Assembly (NCBI RefSeq): GCF_009914755.1
Contig: NC_060939.1
DNA: 64,000 nt
Strand: one strand, 5' to 3'
From: the human T2T-CHM13v2.0 reference genome, Homo sapiens
How positions within the stretch are numbered: position 1 is the stretch's first letter; every line of letters starts with the position of its first letter. Of the stretch, positions 32,889-45,503 are shown one piece after another. Position numbers and translations under genes: made by a program. The notes under the pieces are model-generated. The model was not told the DNA's origin and searched no databases. It was given only the letters and a program-made list of their open reading frames with translations.

Positions 32889-35800
32889 GATTAGGAAACC
32901 TGCAGCTCCCAGGGGCCCCTACTAATGTTCTAACTCGCAGAAGGAAGGAGTGTGTGTGCGTGTGTGCGTGTGCGTGTGTGTGTGTGTGTGTGCTTGTGTG
33001 TGTGCGGTGTGAGGTATGTGCCCCTTAAGAAAATGGAAATCAACCAACCAATGAGACAGAGAGACAGACAGACAGACAGAGATTCACTTGCCCAAGTGTT
33101 CTGTCCTGTCCTCTGAATCCGCTTTCAAGTCGCAAGACGCTGTGAGCTCCAAGTCCACGCAGAGTCCGCCAAACGCTCCGGCCGCTGATCCGCTCCGCGA
33201 AGATCTGAGTACAGGCCAGCCAGGGTGGGTTTAAATAGCCTCGGGCGCAGCCTAGCAGCGGAAAGGGCGGAGCTTCACTCCTCCTTTCCATCAGTCACCC
33301 CCAACTTTCCCAGGCTACACCTCGTAGGAAACTGTTCTCCTGCTTTGATTTCATGCGCCACCTTTGGGACAATCTAAGAACTTACAGGTTTTCTTGGCCA
33401 GATTTATTAGGAATTGTATGCACTGAAACACTGAAAACCAACTAGTGGTTCTGTGCTTCCCACGTTGTGGTTTTGACACCAGCAGCATCCTTGCCACAAT
33501 CAAACCCCGGAGATCCGCAGATCTGTGTTGTAACAAGACCTCCCCCTGACCCTGAAGCATGGCAGTTGAAGAAGTCTTTCCGTGTAAGCGAAAAGACTTT
33601 GAAGAAAAGGTGGAGATATGCGTTGTATAAACATTCTTTTGCTCTGGAACCACGTAGAGACTTGGGAGCCAGATGGGTGGAGCATTATTTGGATGAGGGT
33701 GCTCGGGTTAGGAATATCAAGGTGTGGCTCCAGATAATCCAATCATCTAATTAAGATTCCAGTTATGCTCATCTGTTTTAAAATTCCGTTTGGGTAAATT
33801 CTTTTAGTCAGACTGAGAATGGTAAAGCCTCAACCCCAATTTCCAGGGAGGGTGGAGAGCCTCAGGTGGAGTTGATTACCAATAGCCTATGGTTTAACCC
33901 ATCATGCCTATAGAATGAGGTCTCCATCAAAACCCAAAAGGACTGGGTTCAGAGAGCTTCTGGATAACACTTCCTGGAAGGTAGTGCGCCCCTCCCCGCA
34001 TGCCGGGCCCCACATTTATTTCTGAACTTTGTGCAATGTCCGCTAAAATACAACGGCAAATGTAAGTGTTTCCCTGCGTGCTGTGAGCTCTTCCAGCAAA
34101 TGAATGCAACTAAATCTGGGAGTGGTGGCAACCTGATTTATAGCCAGTTGCTGAGAAGCACAGGTAAAACAACGTAGGGCTTCCCATTGTTGTTGGTGTG
34201 GGAGGCCTGTCTGGCGGGACTCGGCCCTTTGGAATCTAATGCTATGTCCCGGTAGATAGCGTCACCATTGAATTAGAAGACACACATATGTGGAGAATAA
34301 TCTTTCTGGTCATTTACTGCATGTCATATTTACAATATGTAATCAAATTCTTTATCCTGACCTTATGGCACCTGGGTTTAGGACCATGATTTGAACCAAA
34401 CGTTGGTCTGTCACTTTCTGAGTTTGAAACTTTATTTTGCCTTTAGCGTTTTGCTATTGCTTTTTCGTTTTCTTTTGTTTCGTTTCGTTTCTAAGTTCTG
34501 GGGTATATGTGCAGGATGTGCAGATTTGTTAGTAAGGTAAACGTGTGCCATGGTGGTTTGCTGCACCTGTCAACCCGTCACCTAGGTATTAAGCCCAGCA
34601 TGCAGTAGCTGTTTTTCTTAACGCTCTGCCTCCCGAAAGGCCCCAGTGTGTGTTGTTCCCCTTCCTGTGTCCATGGGATCTCACTTTTCAGCTCCCATTA
34701 TAAGTGAGAAGGTGGCGTTTGGTTTTCTTTCCCTGGATTAGTTTGCTGACGATAATGACCACACATCACCACTGTTTTTGTTTTTTAGTATAAAGAGTAG
34801 TATTTTATTGAATAAGATTTGCTCACAGAAAAATAAGCTTAAATCTACAATGAATGCCAGACCCTACAGCAGAAAGCAATTTTCTCACTTTTCCACACAC
34901 AATGGTTCCTACTAAGTGAAAAAAAAGCCATAAAATTTCATTCACAAATGTACTACTCTGTCTCAAAACATCTCACGTAATCATGCACTGTACTAAAGCC
35001 ATCAGATCAGTTCTTCAGTCAGGTTAAAGAAGTATCCCTCTAATAACTGACTCTTATAATGCTATCAATATCCACTCCCAATCAGTCTGCCATTGTTAAT
35101 GGTGTACAGCATTACTGAATACAACGGAATTGATGACGCCCATATCCACAGACAAACCGTGACTTATGATGGTTTGATTTATGATTTTTCAACGTTATGA
35201 TGGGTTTATTGGAATATTAGATTCGTTTCTGAGTTACACTGGGTTTATGAGTATGCGACCCTACACTCCAGAAACAGCTGTATAAGGAAAAACAGGTGTA
35301 CCTAATAAAAATATGCTTAGTGACTTGGGATAAACCAATAGATGTTCACAAGTGATGGAGAGCCGTGAAAGAGAGATAGCGGTAAATAGTTACAATAACA
35401 CAATTTTCCTGCACCTGTCGAGGATTTCCCCCAAAAAACGCAGAATGTGGGATGCACCTAAGGCATATGAAAGAGAGAGGGCGGAAGGAGTAAGAGAGAA
35501 ATAGGAGGAAGGGAGGAAGGAAGCAAGGAAGAAAGGAAGGAAGGAAAGAACGAAGGTAGGAAGGAAGGAAGGAAGGAAGGAAGGAAGGAAGGAAGGAAGG
35601 AAAGGAGGATGAAAGGAAGGAGAAAACACCGGTGTTACTAAAACCCCCCAAAAAATGGTTTCCCCCTGTGGGTAAGCCTACAATGTGGATGAATCTTGAA
35701 AATATTGTGCTACGTGTTATGTCAGTCATAGCAGCTCACCTATTGTGCAATTCCGTTTATAGGAAATGTCCACAATATGGAAATCTATGCATATGGGATT

Positions 35801-36218
35801 GATCGCACTAGGTAGTTGCTACCTAGGGCTGAGGGTCAGGGAGAGGGTTTGAGACAGAATGAGGAGTGACTAATGTCTACAGGGTCTTTCTCTGGTCGGG
35901 GGTGATAAGACGTTTTACAATGGATTGCGAATTAAAATTGAATGTGCACAACCACAGGTATACTAAAAGCCACTCAATTCATGACCTTTAATGGGGGAAT
36001 CTTACGTGGCGTAGTCTCATGGAGACCACGGCAGACATAGTGAGAGAGAAAAAGGTGAGTAAATATCTGAAACGGAGGCAGAAACAGAGAGAATGAAAAG
36101 CCCTGTGAATGAAAGGGAGAGCGAAAAGGGAAAATGGTCCTATTTACAAATGACAGATGTGAAACTGGGGTTCACATCAACAGTGTCACTGCCAGGAAGG
36201 AGGGTCATGCTAGCCATG

Positions 36219-39200
36219 TCACCGGTAGTGTGGCCCGCAGGGACGCCGACCTGCTGGAGCGTCGTGCCAGCATGGGCTGTGGCAACCACGTGGGCCAGCA
36301 GGAGGTTCCCGCTGCACAGCTGTGGGGTGAGGATAGACTGGGTGGTGATATCGGCCATTACAGGGGCCTCTTCTGCTGGCAAGAGTGTGACAGTAGCAAG
36401 TAGATGGACAGGCCTGCGTGTGAGGACGGAATGCAGGAGGGGTTCTTGTGCGCCTGGGTGTGGGGCCCTCACGGGAACCGTGGAGAAATGGCCAGGTAAC
36501 TGCGTCATGTGGGCTAGTAGATTGGCCAGGGCTTCGAACTGAAGGACGATAATGGGGAGTAGCTGTCAGGCCCTGGGAGTGCCTGAGTGTAAGTGGAGAT
36601 GGGTTTGGGGTCACTGAGGGATGCGTGGGAGCCATCCCTGTATAGGTACAGGTCATAGGGAGATAGTCTCGTGAGGCCTGTGAGTGTCTAGGGTTGTCCT
36701 GGGTGCCTGGGGCTGACTGTGGCAGAAATCTGGGGAAGGCTGGAGAGAAGCTGGGAGACCCAGGAGAGTCCCTGAAGGCAGGGGGTGAAGAGGTGAAAGA
36801 AATGGGGGAGGGTTGCAGTAAGGTCCGTGAGTTTGTAGGTGATTCCTGGGTGCGGGAAGCTGACTCCAGGTGAAATCTGGAGATGGTTGGAGAGTAGCTG
36901 AGAGAGACAGAAGAGTCCCTGAGGGCTGGGGGTGAGAACATGAGGGAGACGGGGGAGTAAGTCAGTGAAATTCGTGAGTTCGGTGGTGTATCGTGGGTGC
37001 CTGGAACTGACTCCAGCTGGAATCTAGAGAAGTTTTGAGAGTAGCTGAAGGAGACACAAGAGTCCCTGTGGGCTGAGGGCAAAGACCTGAGAGAGACCAG
37101 GGAGGACCTCAGTGAAGTCTGTGAGTCTGTAGGTGATTCCGGAGTGTGGGAGGCTGACTCCCGCTGAAATCTGGGCGTGGTGGGAGAGTAGCTGGGACAG
37201 ACAGGAGAGTCCCAGGGGGCTGGGGGTGAAGACATGAGAGAGACTGGGGAGTAACACAGTGAAATTGCTGAGTTGGTTGGTGATACCTGGGTGCCTGGAA
37301 CTGACCCCCGCTGAAATCTGGGCATGGTTGGAGAGTAGCTGGGACACACAGGAGAGTTCCTGAGGGCTGGGGGTGAAGACATGAGCGAGACCGGGGAGTA
37401 ACTGAGTGAAACTGGTGAGTTTGGTGGTGACTCCGGGGTGCCTGGAACTGACTCCAGCTGAAATGTGGGCGTGGTTGGAGAGTAGCTGGGACAGACAGGA
37501 GAGTCCCTGAGGACTGGTGAAGACATGAGAGAGAGTGGAGAGTAATTGAGTGAAATTGGTGAGTTTGGTGGTGATTCCTGGGTGCCTGGAACTGACTCCC
37601 GCTGAAGTGTGGGCATGGTTGGAGAGTAGCTGGGACACACAGGAGAGTCCCTGAGGGTTGGAGATAAAGACGTGCTAGAGACTGAGGAGTAACTGAGTGA
37701 AATTGGTGAGTTTGGTGGTGATTCCGGGGTGCCTGGCACGGACTCCAGCTGAAATGTGGGCGTGGTTGGAGAGTAGCTGGGACAGACGGGAGAGTCCCTG
37801 AGGGATGGTGAAGACATGAGAGAGACTGGGGAGTAACGCAGTGAAATTGGTGAGTTTGGTGGTGATTTCTGGGTGCCTGCAACGGACTCCCGCTGAAGTG
37901 TGGGCGTGCTTGGAGAGTAGCTGGGACAGACAGGCGAGTCCCTGAGGGTTGGAGATAAAGACGTGCTGGAGACTGGGGAGTAACTCAGTGAAAGTGGTGG
38001 GCTTGGTGGTGATCCCAGGGTTCCTGGAACTGACCCGCGCTGAAATGTGGGCGTGGTTGGAGAGTAGCTGGGACAGACTGGAGGGTCCGTAAGGGCTGGG
38101 GGTGAAGACGTGAGAGAGACTGGCGAGGATCTCACTGAGGTCTGTGAGTTTGTAGGTGTTTCTGGGGTGTGGGGTACAGACTCCCGCTGAAATCTGGGCG
38201 TAGTTGGAGAGTAGCTGGGACAGACAGGAGAGTCATGGGTGGCTGGGGGTGAGCTGCTGGATGATGGCAGTAAGAACATATGGTACATTATTGATGAATG
38301 AGGTGACTGTGAAGAATCTCCAGAGGAGGACACGGGAGAACACAATGACATGAGTGACTGTCCTGCTTGGTTAGGAAAGGGAAACGTAAAGTTGTGGAAT
38401 TCTGTTGATGATGGATGTGAGAGTGGTGAAGCCCTGCGGGATGATGTAGAGGACTTCCACATCCCTGGTGAGGAGCTGCCCCTTGGGTCTGAGTTTCTGG
38501 GAGGGGAGAGGGAGAAGCTGGGTGAGGCAGGCATGAATCTTGAGGAGTCAGGGCTGGGGGACCGCTCATATTCTCCCGAGACCTGTGAGTCTCTGGGGGA
38601 CTCCTGGGTGCATGGGGCTGGCTCCCGCAGGAACCTGGGCATGGCTGGAGAGTAACTGGGAGCCACAGGAGGTTCCCTGAGGCCTGGGGGTGAAGAGATG
38701 CAAGACACAGGGGTGGAGCAGCGTGAGGCTCGTGAGTTTGTAGGTGATTCCTGGGTGTGGGGGGCTGACTCCAGCTGAAATCTGGGGTTGTTTGGAGAGT
38801 AGCTGGGAGACACAGGAGACCCCCCGAGAGCTGGGGGTGAGCTGCTGGGTGATGGCAGTAAGAACATGTGGTATATTATTGATGAACGTAGGGACTCTGA
38901 GGAGTCCTCAGAGGAGGACACGGCAGAGCCCAATGGCTTCATTGATTGCCCATCACGGTGAGGACAGGGAAATGGGAGCTTGTGGGATTCTGGTGATGAC
39001 AGAGGTGAGTGTGGTGAAGCCCTAGGGGATGGTGAATGGTAGTTCCGGATCCCTGGTGAGGAGCTTCCCCTTAAGCCTGAGTTTCTGAGAGGGGAGAGGG
39101 AGAAGCTGGGTGAGGCTCGCATGGACATTGGGGTGTCCGTGCTGCGGGACCGTTCATAAGAAGAGCCAGACAAGACCCTACTGTTCTTAGGTGCAGACAT
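36219..39200 (-). CDS. CTD-like repeat protein, short form (993 aa), copy 7
   Basis: Intact ATG-TGA ORF. Confidence 0.65.
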   Translation of the reverse strand: MSAPKNSRVLSGSSYERSRSTDTPMSMRASPSFSLSPLRNSGLRGSSSPGIRNYHSPSPRASPHSPLSSPESHKLPFPCPHRDGQSMKPLGSAVSSSEDSSESLRSSIIYHMFLLPSPSSSPPALGGSPVSPSYSPNNPRFQLESAPHTQESPTNSRASRCSTPVSCISSPPGLREPPVAPSYSPAMPRFLREPAPCTQESPRDSQVSGEYERSPSPDSSRFMPASPSFSLSPPRNSDPRGSSSPGMWKSSTSSRRASPLSHPSSTEFHNFTFPFPNQAGQSLMSLCSPVSSSGDSSQSPHSSIMYHMFLLPSSSSSPPATHDSPVCPSYSPTTPRFQRESVPHTPETPTNSQTSVRSSPVSLTSSPPALTDPPVCPSYSPTTPTFQRGSVPGTLGSPPSPPLSLSYSPVSSTSLSPTLRDSPVCPSYSPSTPTLQRESVAGTQKSPPNSPISLRYSPVSLMSSPSLRDSPVCPSYSPTTPTFQLESVPGTPESPPNSPISLSYSSVSSTSLSPTLRDSPVCPSYSPTMPTLQRESVPGTQESPPNSPISLNYSPLSLMSSPVLRDSPVCPSYSPTTPTFQLESVPGTPESPPNSPVSLSYSPVSLMSSPPALRNSPVCPSYSPTMPRFQRGSVPGTQVSPTNSAISLCYSPVSLMSSPPAPWDSPVCPSYSPTTPRFQRESASHTPESPTDSQTSLRSSLVSLRSLPSAHRDSCVSFSYSQNFSRFQLESVPGTHDTPPNSRISLTYSPVSLMFSPPALRDSSVSLSYSPTISRFHLESASRTQESPTNSRTLLQPSPISFTSSPPAFRDSPGSPSFSPAFPRFLPQSAPGTQDNPRHSQASRDYLPMTCTYTGMAPTHPSVTPNPSPLTLRHSQGLTATPHYRPSVRSPGQSTSPHDAVTWPFLHGSREGPTPRRTRTPPAFRPHTQACPSTCYCHTLASRRGPCNGRYHHPVYPHPTAVQREPPAGPRGCHSPCWHDAPAGRRPCGPHYR

Positions 39201-42200
39201 GATTAGGAAACCTGCAGCTCCCAGGGGCCCCTACTAATGTTCTAACTCGCAGAAGGAAGGAGTGTGTGTGCGTGTGTGCGTGTGCGTGTGTGTGTGTGTG
39301 TGTGCTTGTGTGTGTGCGGTGTGAGGTATGTGCCCCTTAAGAAAATGGAAATCAACCAACCAATGAGACAGAGAGACAGACAGACAGACAGAGATTCACT
39401 TGCCCAAGTGTTCTGTCCTGTCCTCTGAATCCGCTTTCAAGTCGCAAGACGCTGTGAGCTCCAAGTCCACGCAGAGTCCGCCAAACGCTCCGGCCGCTGA
39501 TCCGCTCCGCGAAGATCTGAGTACAGGCCAGCCAGGGTGGGTTTAAATAGCCTCGGGCGCAGCCTAGCAGCGGAAAGGGCGGAGCTTCACTCCTCCTTTC
39601 CATCAGTCACCCCCAACTTTCCCAGGCTACACCTCGTAGGAAACTGTTCTCCTGCTTTGATTTCATGCGCCACCTTTGGGACAATCTAAGAACTTACAGG
39701 TTTTCTTGGCCAGATTTATTAGGAATTGTATGCACTGAAACACTGAAAACCAACTAGTGGTTCTGTGCTTCCCACGTTGTGGTTTTGACACCAGCAGCAT
39801 CCTTGCCACAATCAAACCCCGGAGATCCGCAGATCTGTGTTGTAACAAGACCTCCCCCTGACCCTGAAGCATGGCAGTTGAAGAAGTCTTTCCGTGTAAG
39901 CGAAAAGACTTTGAAGAAAAGGTGGAGATATGCGTTGTATAAACATTCTTTTGCTCTGGAACCACGTAGAGACTTGGGAGCCAGATGGGTGGAGCATTAT
40001 TTGGATGAGGGTGCTCGGGTTAGGAATATCAAGGTGTGGCTCCAGATAATCCAATCATCTAATTAAGATTCCAGTTATGCTCATCTGTTTTAAAATTCCG
40101 TTTGGGTAAATTCTTTTAGTCAGACTGAGAATGGCAAAGCCTCAACCCCAATTTCCAGGGAGGGTGGAGAGCCTCAGGTGGAGTTGATCACCAATACCCT
40201 ATGGTTTAACCCATCATGCCTATAGAATGAGGTCTCCATCAAAACCCAAAAGGACTGGGTTCAGAGAGCTTCTGGATAACACTTCCTGGAAGGTAGTGCG
40301 CCCCTCCCCACATGGCGGGCCCCACATTTATTTCTGAACTTTGTGCAATGTCCGCTAAAATACAACGGCAAATGTAAGTGTTTCCCTGCGTGCTGTGAGC
40401 TCTTCCAGCAAATGAATGCAACTAAATCTGGGAGTGGTGGCAACCTGATTTATAGCCAGTTGCTGAGAAGTACAGGTAAAACAACTTAGGGCTTCCCATT
40501 GTTATTGGTGTGGGAGGCCTGTCTGGCGGGACTCGGCCCTTTGGAATCTAATGCTATGTCCCGATAGATAGCGTCACCATTGAATTAGAAGACACACATA
40601 TGTGGAGAATAATCTTTCTGGTCATTTGCTGCATGTCTTATTTACAATATGTAATCAAATTCTTTATCCTGACCTTATGGCACCTGGGTTTGAACCAAAC
40701 GTTGGTCTGTCACTTTCTGAGTTTGAAACTTTATTTTGCCTTTAGCGTTTTGCTATTGCTTTTTCGTTTTCTTTTGTTTCGTTTCGTTTCTAAGTTCTGG
40801 GGTATATGTGCAGGATGTGCAGATTTGTTAGTAAGGTAAACGTGTGCCATGGTGGTTTGCTGCACCTGTCAACCCGTCACCTAGGTATTAAGCCCAGCAT
40901 GCAGTAGCTGTTTTTCTTAACGCTCTGCCTCCCGAAAGGCCCCAGTGTGTGTTGTTCCCCTTCCTGTGTCCATGGGATCTCACTTTTCAGCTCCCATTAT
41001 AAGTGAGAAGGTGGCGTTTGGTTTTCTTTCCCTGGATTAGTTTGCTGACGATAATGACCACACATCACCACTGTTTTTGTTTTTTAGTATAAAGAGTAGT
41101 ATTTTATTGAATAAGATTTGCTCACAGAAAAATAAGCTTAAATCTACAATGAATGCCAGACCCTACAGCAGAAAGCAATTTTCTCACTTTTCCACACACA
41201 ATGGTTCCTACTAAGTGAAAAAAAAGCCATAAAATTTCATTCACAAATGTACTACTCTGTCTCAAAACATCTCACGTAATCATGCACTGTACTAAAGCCA
41301 TCAGATCAGTTCTTCAGTCAGGTTAAAGAAGTATCCCTCTAATAACTGACTCTTATAATGCTATCAATATCCACTCCCAATCAGTCTGCCATTGTTAATG
41401 GTGTACAGCATTACTGAATACAACGGAATTGATGACGCCCATATCCACAGACAAACCGTGACTTATGATGGTTTGATTTATGATTTTTCAACGTTATGAT
41501 GGGTTTATTGGAATATTAGATTCGTTTCTGAGTTACACTGGGTTTATGAGTATGCGACCCTACACTCCAGAAACAGCTGTATAAGGAAAAACAGGTGTAC
41601 CTAATAAAAATATGCTTAGTGACTTGGGATAAACCAATAGATGTTCACAAGTGATGGAGAGCCGTGAAAGAGAGATAGCGGTAAATAGTTACAATAACAC
41701 AATTTTCCTGCACCTGTCGAGGATTTCCCCCAAAAAACGCAGAATGTGGGATGCACCTAAGGCATATGAAAGAGAGAGGGCGGAAGGAGTAAGAGAGAAA
41801 TAGGAGGAAGGGAGGAAGGAAGCAAGGAAGAAAGGAAGGAAGGAAAGAACGAAGGTAGGAAGGAAGGAAGGAAGGAAGGAAGGAAGGAAGGAAGGAAGGA
41901 AGGAAAGGAGGATGAAAGGAAGGAGAAAACACCGGTGTTACTAAAACCCCCCAAAAAATGGTTTCCCCCTGTGGGTAAGCCTACAATGTGGATGAATCTT
42001 GAAAATATTGTGCTACGTGTTATGTCAGTCATAGCAGCTCACCTATTGTGCAATTCCGTTTATAGGAAATGTCCACAATATGGAAATCTATGCATATGGG
42101 ATTGATCGCACTAGGTAGTTGCTACCTAGGGCTGAGGGTCAGGGAGAGGGTTTGAGACAGAATGAGGAGTGACTAATGTCTACAGGGTCTTTCTCTGGTC

Positions 42201-42521
42201 GGGGGTGATAAGACGTTTTACAATGGATTGCGAATTAAAATTGAATGTGCACAACCACAGGTATACTAAAAGCCACTCAATTCATGACCTTTAATGGGGG
42301 AATCTTACGTGGCGTAGTCTCATGGAGACCACGGCAGACATAGTGAGAGAGAAAAAGGTGAGTAAATATCTGAAACGGAGGCAGAAACAGAGAGAATGAA
42401 AAGCCCTGTGAATGAAAGGGAGAGCGAAAAGGGAAAATGGTCCTATTTACAAATGACAGATGTGAAACTGGGGTTCACATCAACAGTGTCACTGCCAGGA
42501 AGGAGGGTCATGCTAGCCATG

Positions 42522-45503
42522 TCACCGGTAGTGTGGCCCGCAGGGACGCCGACCTGCTGGAGCGTCGTGCCAGCATGGGCTGTGGCAACCACGTGGGCCA
42601 GCAGGAGGTTCCCGCTGCACAGCTGTGGGGTGAGGATAGACTGGGTGGTGATATCGGCCATTACAGGGGCCTCTTCTGCTGGCAAGAGTGTGACAGTAGC
42701 AAGTAGATGGACAGGCCTGCGTGTGAGGACGGAATGCAGGAGGGGTTCTTGTGCGCCTGGGTGTGGGGCCCTCACGGGAACCGTGGAGAAATGGCCAGGT
42801 AACTGCGTCATGTGGGCTAGTAGATTGGCCAGGGCTTCGAACTGAAGGACGATAATGGGGAGTAGCTGTCAGGCCCTGGGAGTGCCTGAGTGTAAGTGGA
42901 GATGGGTTTGGGGTCACTGAGGGATGCGTGGGAGCCATCCCTGTATAGGTACAGGTCATAGGGAGATAGTCTCGTGAGGCCTGTGAGTGTCTAGGGTTGT
43001 CCTGGGTGCCTGGGGCTGACTGTGGCAGAAATCTGGGGAAGGCTGGAGAGAAGCTGGGAGACCCAGGAGAGTCCCTGAAGGCAGGGGGTGAAGAGGTGAA
43101 AGAAATGGGGGAGGGTTGCAGTAAGGTCCGTGAGTTTGTAGGTGATTCCTGGGTGCGGGAAGCTGACTCCAGGTGAAATCTGGAGATGGTTGGAGAGTAG
43201 CTGAGAGAGACAGAAGAGTCCCTGAGGGCTGGGGGTGAGAACATGAGGGAGACGGGGGAGTAAGTCAGTGAAATTCGTGAGTTCGGTGGTGTATCGTGGG
43301 TGCCTGGAACTGACTCCAGCTGGAATCTAGAGAAGTTTTGAGAGTAGCTGAAGGAGACACAAGAGTCCCTGTGGGCTGAGGGCAAAGACCTGAGAGAGAC
43401 CAGGGAGGACCTCAGTGAAGTCTGTGAGTCTGTAGGTGATTCCGGAGTGTGGGAGGCTGACTCCCGCTGAAATCTGGGCGTAGTGGGAGAGTAGCTGGGA
43501 CAGACAGGAGAGTCCCAGGGGGCTGGGGGTGAAGACATGAGAGAGACTGGGGAGTAACTCAGTGAAATTGCTGAGTTGGTTGGTGATACCTGGGTGCCTG
43601 GAACTGACCCCCGCTGAAATCTGGGCATGGTTGGAGAGTAGCTGGGACACACAGGAGAGTTCCTGAGGGCTGGGGGTGAAGACATGAGCGAGACCGGGGA
43701 GTAACTGAGTGAAACTGGTGAGTTTGGTGGTGACTCCGGGGTGCCTGGAACTGACTCCAGCTGAAATGTGGGCGTGGTTGGAGAGTAGCTGGGACAGACA
43801 GGAGAGTCCCTGAGGACTGGTGAAGACATGAGAGAGACTGGAGAGTAATTGAGTGAAATTGGTGAGTTTGGTGGTGATTCCTGGGTGCCTGGAACTGACT
43901 CCCGCTGAAGTGTGGGCATGGTTGGAGAGTAGCTGGGACACACAGGAGAGTCCCTGAGGGTTGGAGATAAAGACGTGCTAGAGACTGAGGAGTAACTGAG
44001 TGAAATTGGTGAGTTTGGTGGTGATTCCGGGGTGCCTGGCACGGACTCCAGCTGAAATGTGGGCGTGGTTGGAGAGTAGCTGGGACAGACGGGAGAGTCC
44101 CTGAGGGATGGTGAAGACATGAGAGAGACTGGGGAGTAACGCAGTGAAATTGGTGAGTTTGGTGGTGATTTCTGGGTGCCTGCAACGGACTCCCGCTGAA
44201 GTGTGGGCGTGCTTGGAGAGTAGCTGGGACAGACAGGCGAGTCCCTGAGGGTTGGAGATAAAGACGTGCTGGAGACTGGGGAGTAACTCAGTGAAAGTGG
44301 TGGGCTTGGTGGTGATCCCAGGGTTCCTGGAACTGACCCGCGCTGAAATGTGGGCGTGGTTGGAGAGTAGCTGGGACAGACTGGAGGGTCCGTAAGGGCT
44401 GGGGGTGAAGACGTGAGAGAGACTGGCGAGGATCTCACTGAGGTCTGTGAGTTTGTAGGTGTTTCTGGGGTGTGGGGTACAGACTCCCGCTGAAATCTGG
44501 GCGTAGTTGGAGAGTAGCTGGGACAGACAGGAGAGTCATGGGTGGCTGGGGGTGAGCTGCTGGATGATGGCAGTAAGAACATATGGTACATTATTGATGA
44601 ATGAGGTGACTGTGAAGAATCTCCAGAGGAGGACACGGGAGAACACAATGACATGAGTGACTGTCCTGCTTGGTTAGGAAAGGGAAACGTAAAGTTGTGG
44701 AATTCTGTTGATGATGGATGTGAGAGTGGTGAAGCCCTGCGGGATGATGTAGAGGACTTCCACATCCCTGGTGAGGAGCTGCCCCTTGGGTCTGAGTTTC
44801 TGGGAGGGGAGAGGGAGAAGCTGGGTGAGGCAGGCATGAATCTTGAGGAGTCAGGGCTGGGGGACCGCTCATATTCTCCCGAGACCTGTGAGTCTCTGGG
44901 GGACTCCTGGGTGCATGGGGCTGGCTCCCGCAGGAACCTGGGCATGGCTGGAGAGTAACTGGGAGCCACAGGAGGGTCCCTGAGGCCTGGGGGTGAAGAG
45001 ATGCAAGACACAGGGGTGGAGCAGCCTGAGGCTCGTGAGTTTGTAGGTGATTCCTGGGTGTGGGGGGCTGACTCCAGCTGAAATCTGGGGTTGTTTGGAG
45101 AGTAGCTGGGAGACACAGGAGAACCCCCGAGAGCTGGGGGTGAGCTGCTGGGTGATGGCAGTAAGAACATGTGGTATATTATTGATGAACGTAGGGACTC
45201 TGAGGAGTCCTCAGAGGAGGACATGGCAGAGCCCAATGGCTTCATTGATTGCCCATCACGGTGAGGACAGGGAAATGGGAGCTTGTGGGATTCTGGTGAT
45301 GACAGAGGTGAGTGTGGTGAAGCCCTAGGGGATGGTGAATGGTAGTTCCGGATCCCTGGTGAGGAGCTTCCCCTTAAGCCTGAGTTTCTGAGAGGGGAGA
45401 GGGAGAAGCTGGGTGAGGCTCGCATGGACATTGGGGTGTCCGTGCTGCGGGACCGTTCATAAGAAGAGCCAGACAAGACCCTACTGTTCTTAGGTGCAGA
45501 CAT
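42522..45503 (-). CDS. CTD-like repeat protein, short form (993 aa), copy 8
   Basis: Intact ATG-TGA ORF. Confidence 0.65.
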   Translation of the reverse strand: MSAPKNSRVLSGSSYERSRSTDTPMSMRASPSFSLSPLRNSGLRGSSSPGIRNYHSPSPRASPHSPLSSPESHKLPFPCPHRDGQSMKPLGSAMSSSEDSSESLRSSIIYHMFLLPSPSSSPPALGGSPVSPSYSPNNPRFQLESAPHTQESPTNSRASGCSTPVSCISSPPGLRDPPVAPSYSPAMPRFLREPAPCTQESPRDSQVSGEYERSPSPDSSRFMPASPSFSLSPPRNSDPRGSSSPGMWKSSTSSRRASPLSHPSSTEFHNFTFPFPNQAGQSLMSLCSPVSSSGDSSQSPHSSIMYHMFLLPSSSSSPPATHDSPVCPSYSPTTPRFQRESVPHTPETPTNSQTSVRSSPVSLTSSPPALTDPPVCPSYSPTTPTFQRGSVPGTLGSPPSPPLSLSYSPVSSTSLSPTLRDSPVCPSYSPSTPTLQRESVAGTQKSPPNSPISLRYSPVSLMSSPSLRDSPVCPSYSPTTPTFQLESVPGTPESPPNSPISLSYSSVSSTSLSPTLRDSPVCPSYSPTMPTLQRESVPGTQESPPNSPISLNYSPVSLMSSPVLRDSPVCPSYSPTTPTFQLESVPGTPESPPNSPVSLSYSPVSLMSSPPALRNSPVCPSYSPTMPRFQRGSVPGTQVSPTNSAISLSYSPVSLMSSPPAPWDSPVCPSYSPTTPRFQRESASHTPESPTDSQTSLRSSLVSLRSLPSAHRDSCVSFSYSQNFSRFQLESVPGTHDTPPNSRISLTYSPVSLMFSPPALRDSSVSLSYSPTISRFHLESASRTQESPTNSRTLLQPSPISFTSSPPAFRDSPGSPSFSPAFPRFLPQSAPGTQDNPRHSQASRDYLPMTCTYTGMAPTHPSVTPNPSPLTLRHSQGLTATPHYRPSVRSPGQSTSPHDAVTWPFLHGSREGPTPRRTRTPPAFRPHTQACPSTCYCHTLASRRGPCNGRYHHPVYPHPTAVQREPPAGPRGCHSPCWHDAPAGRRPCGPHYR

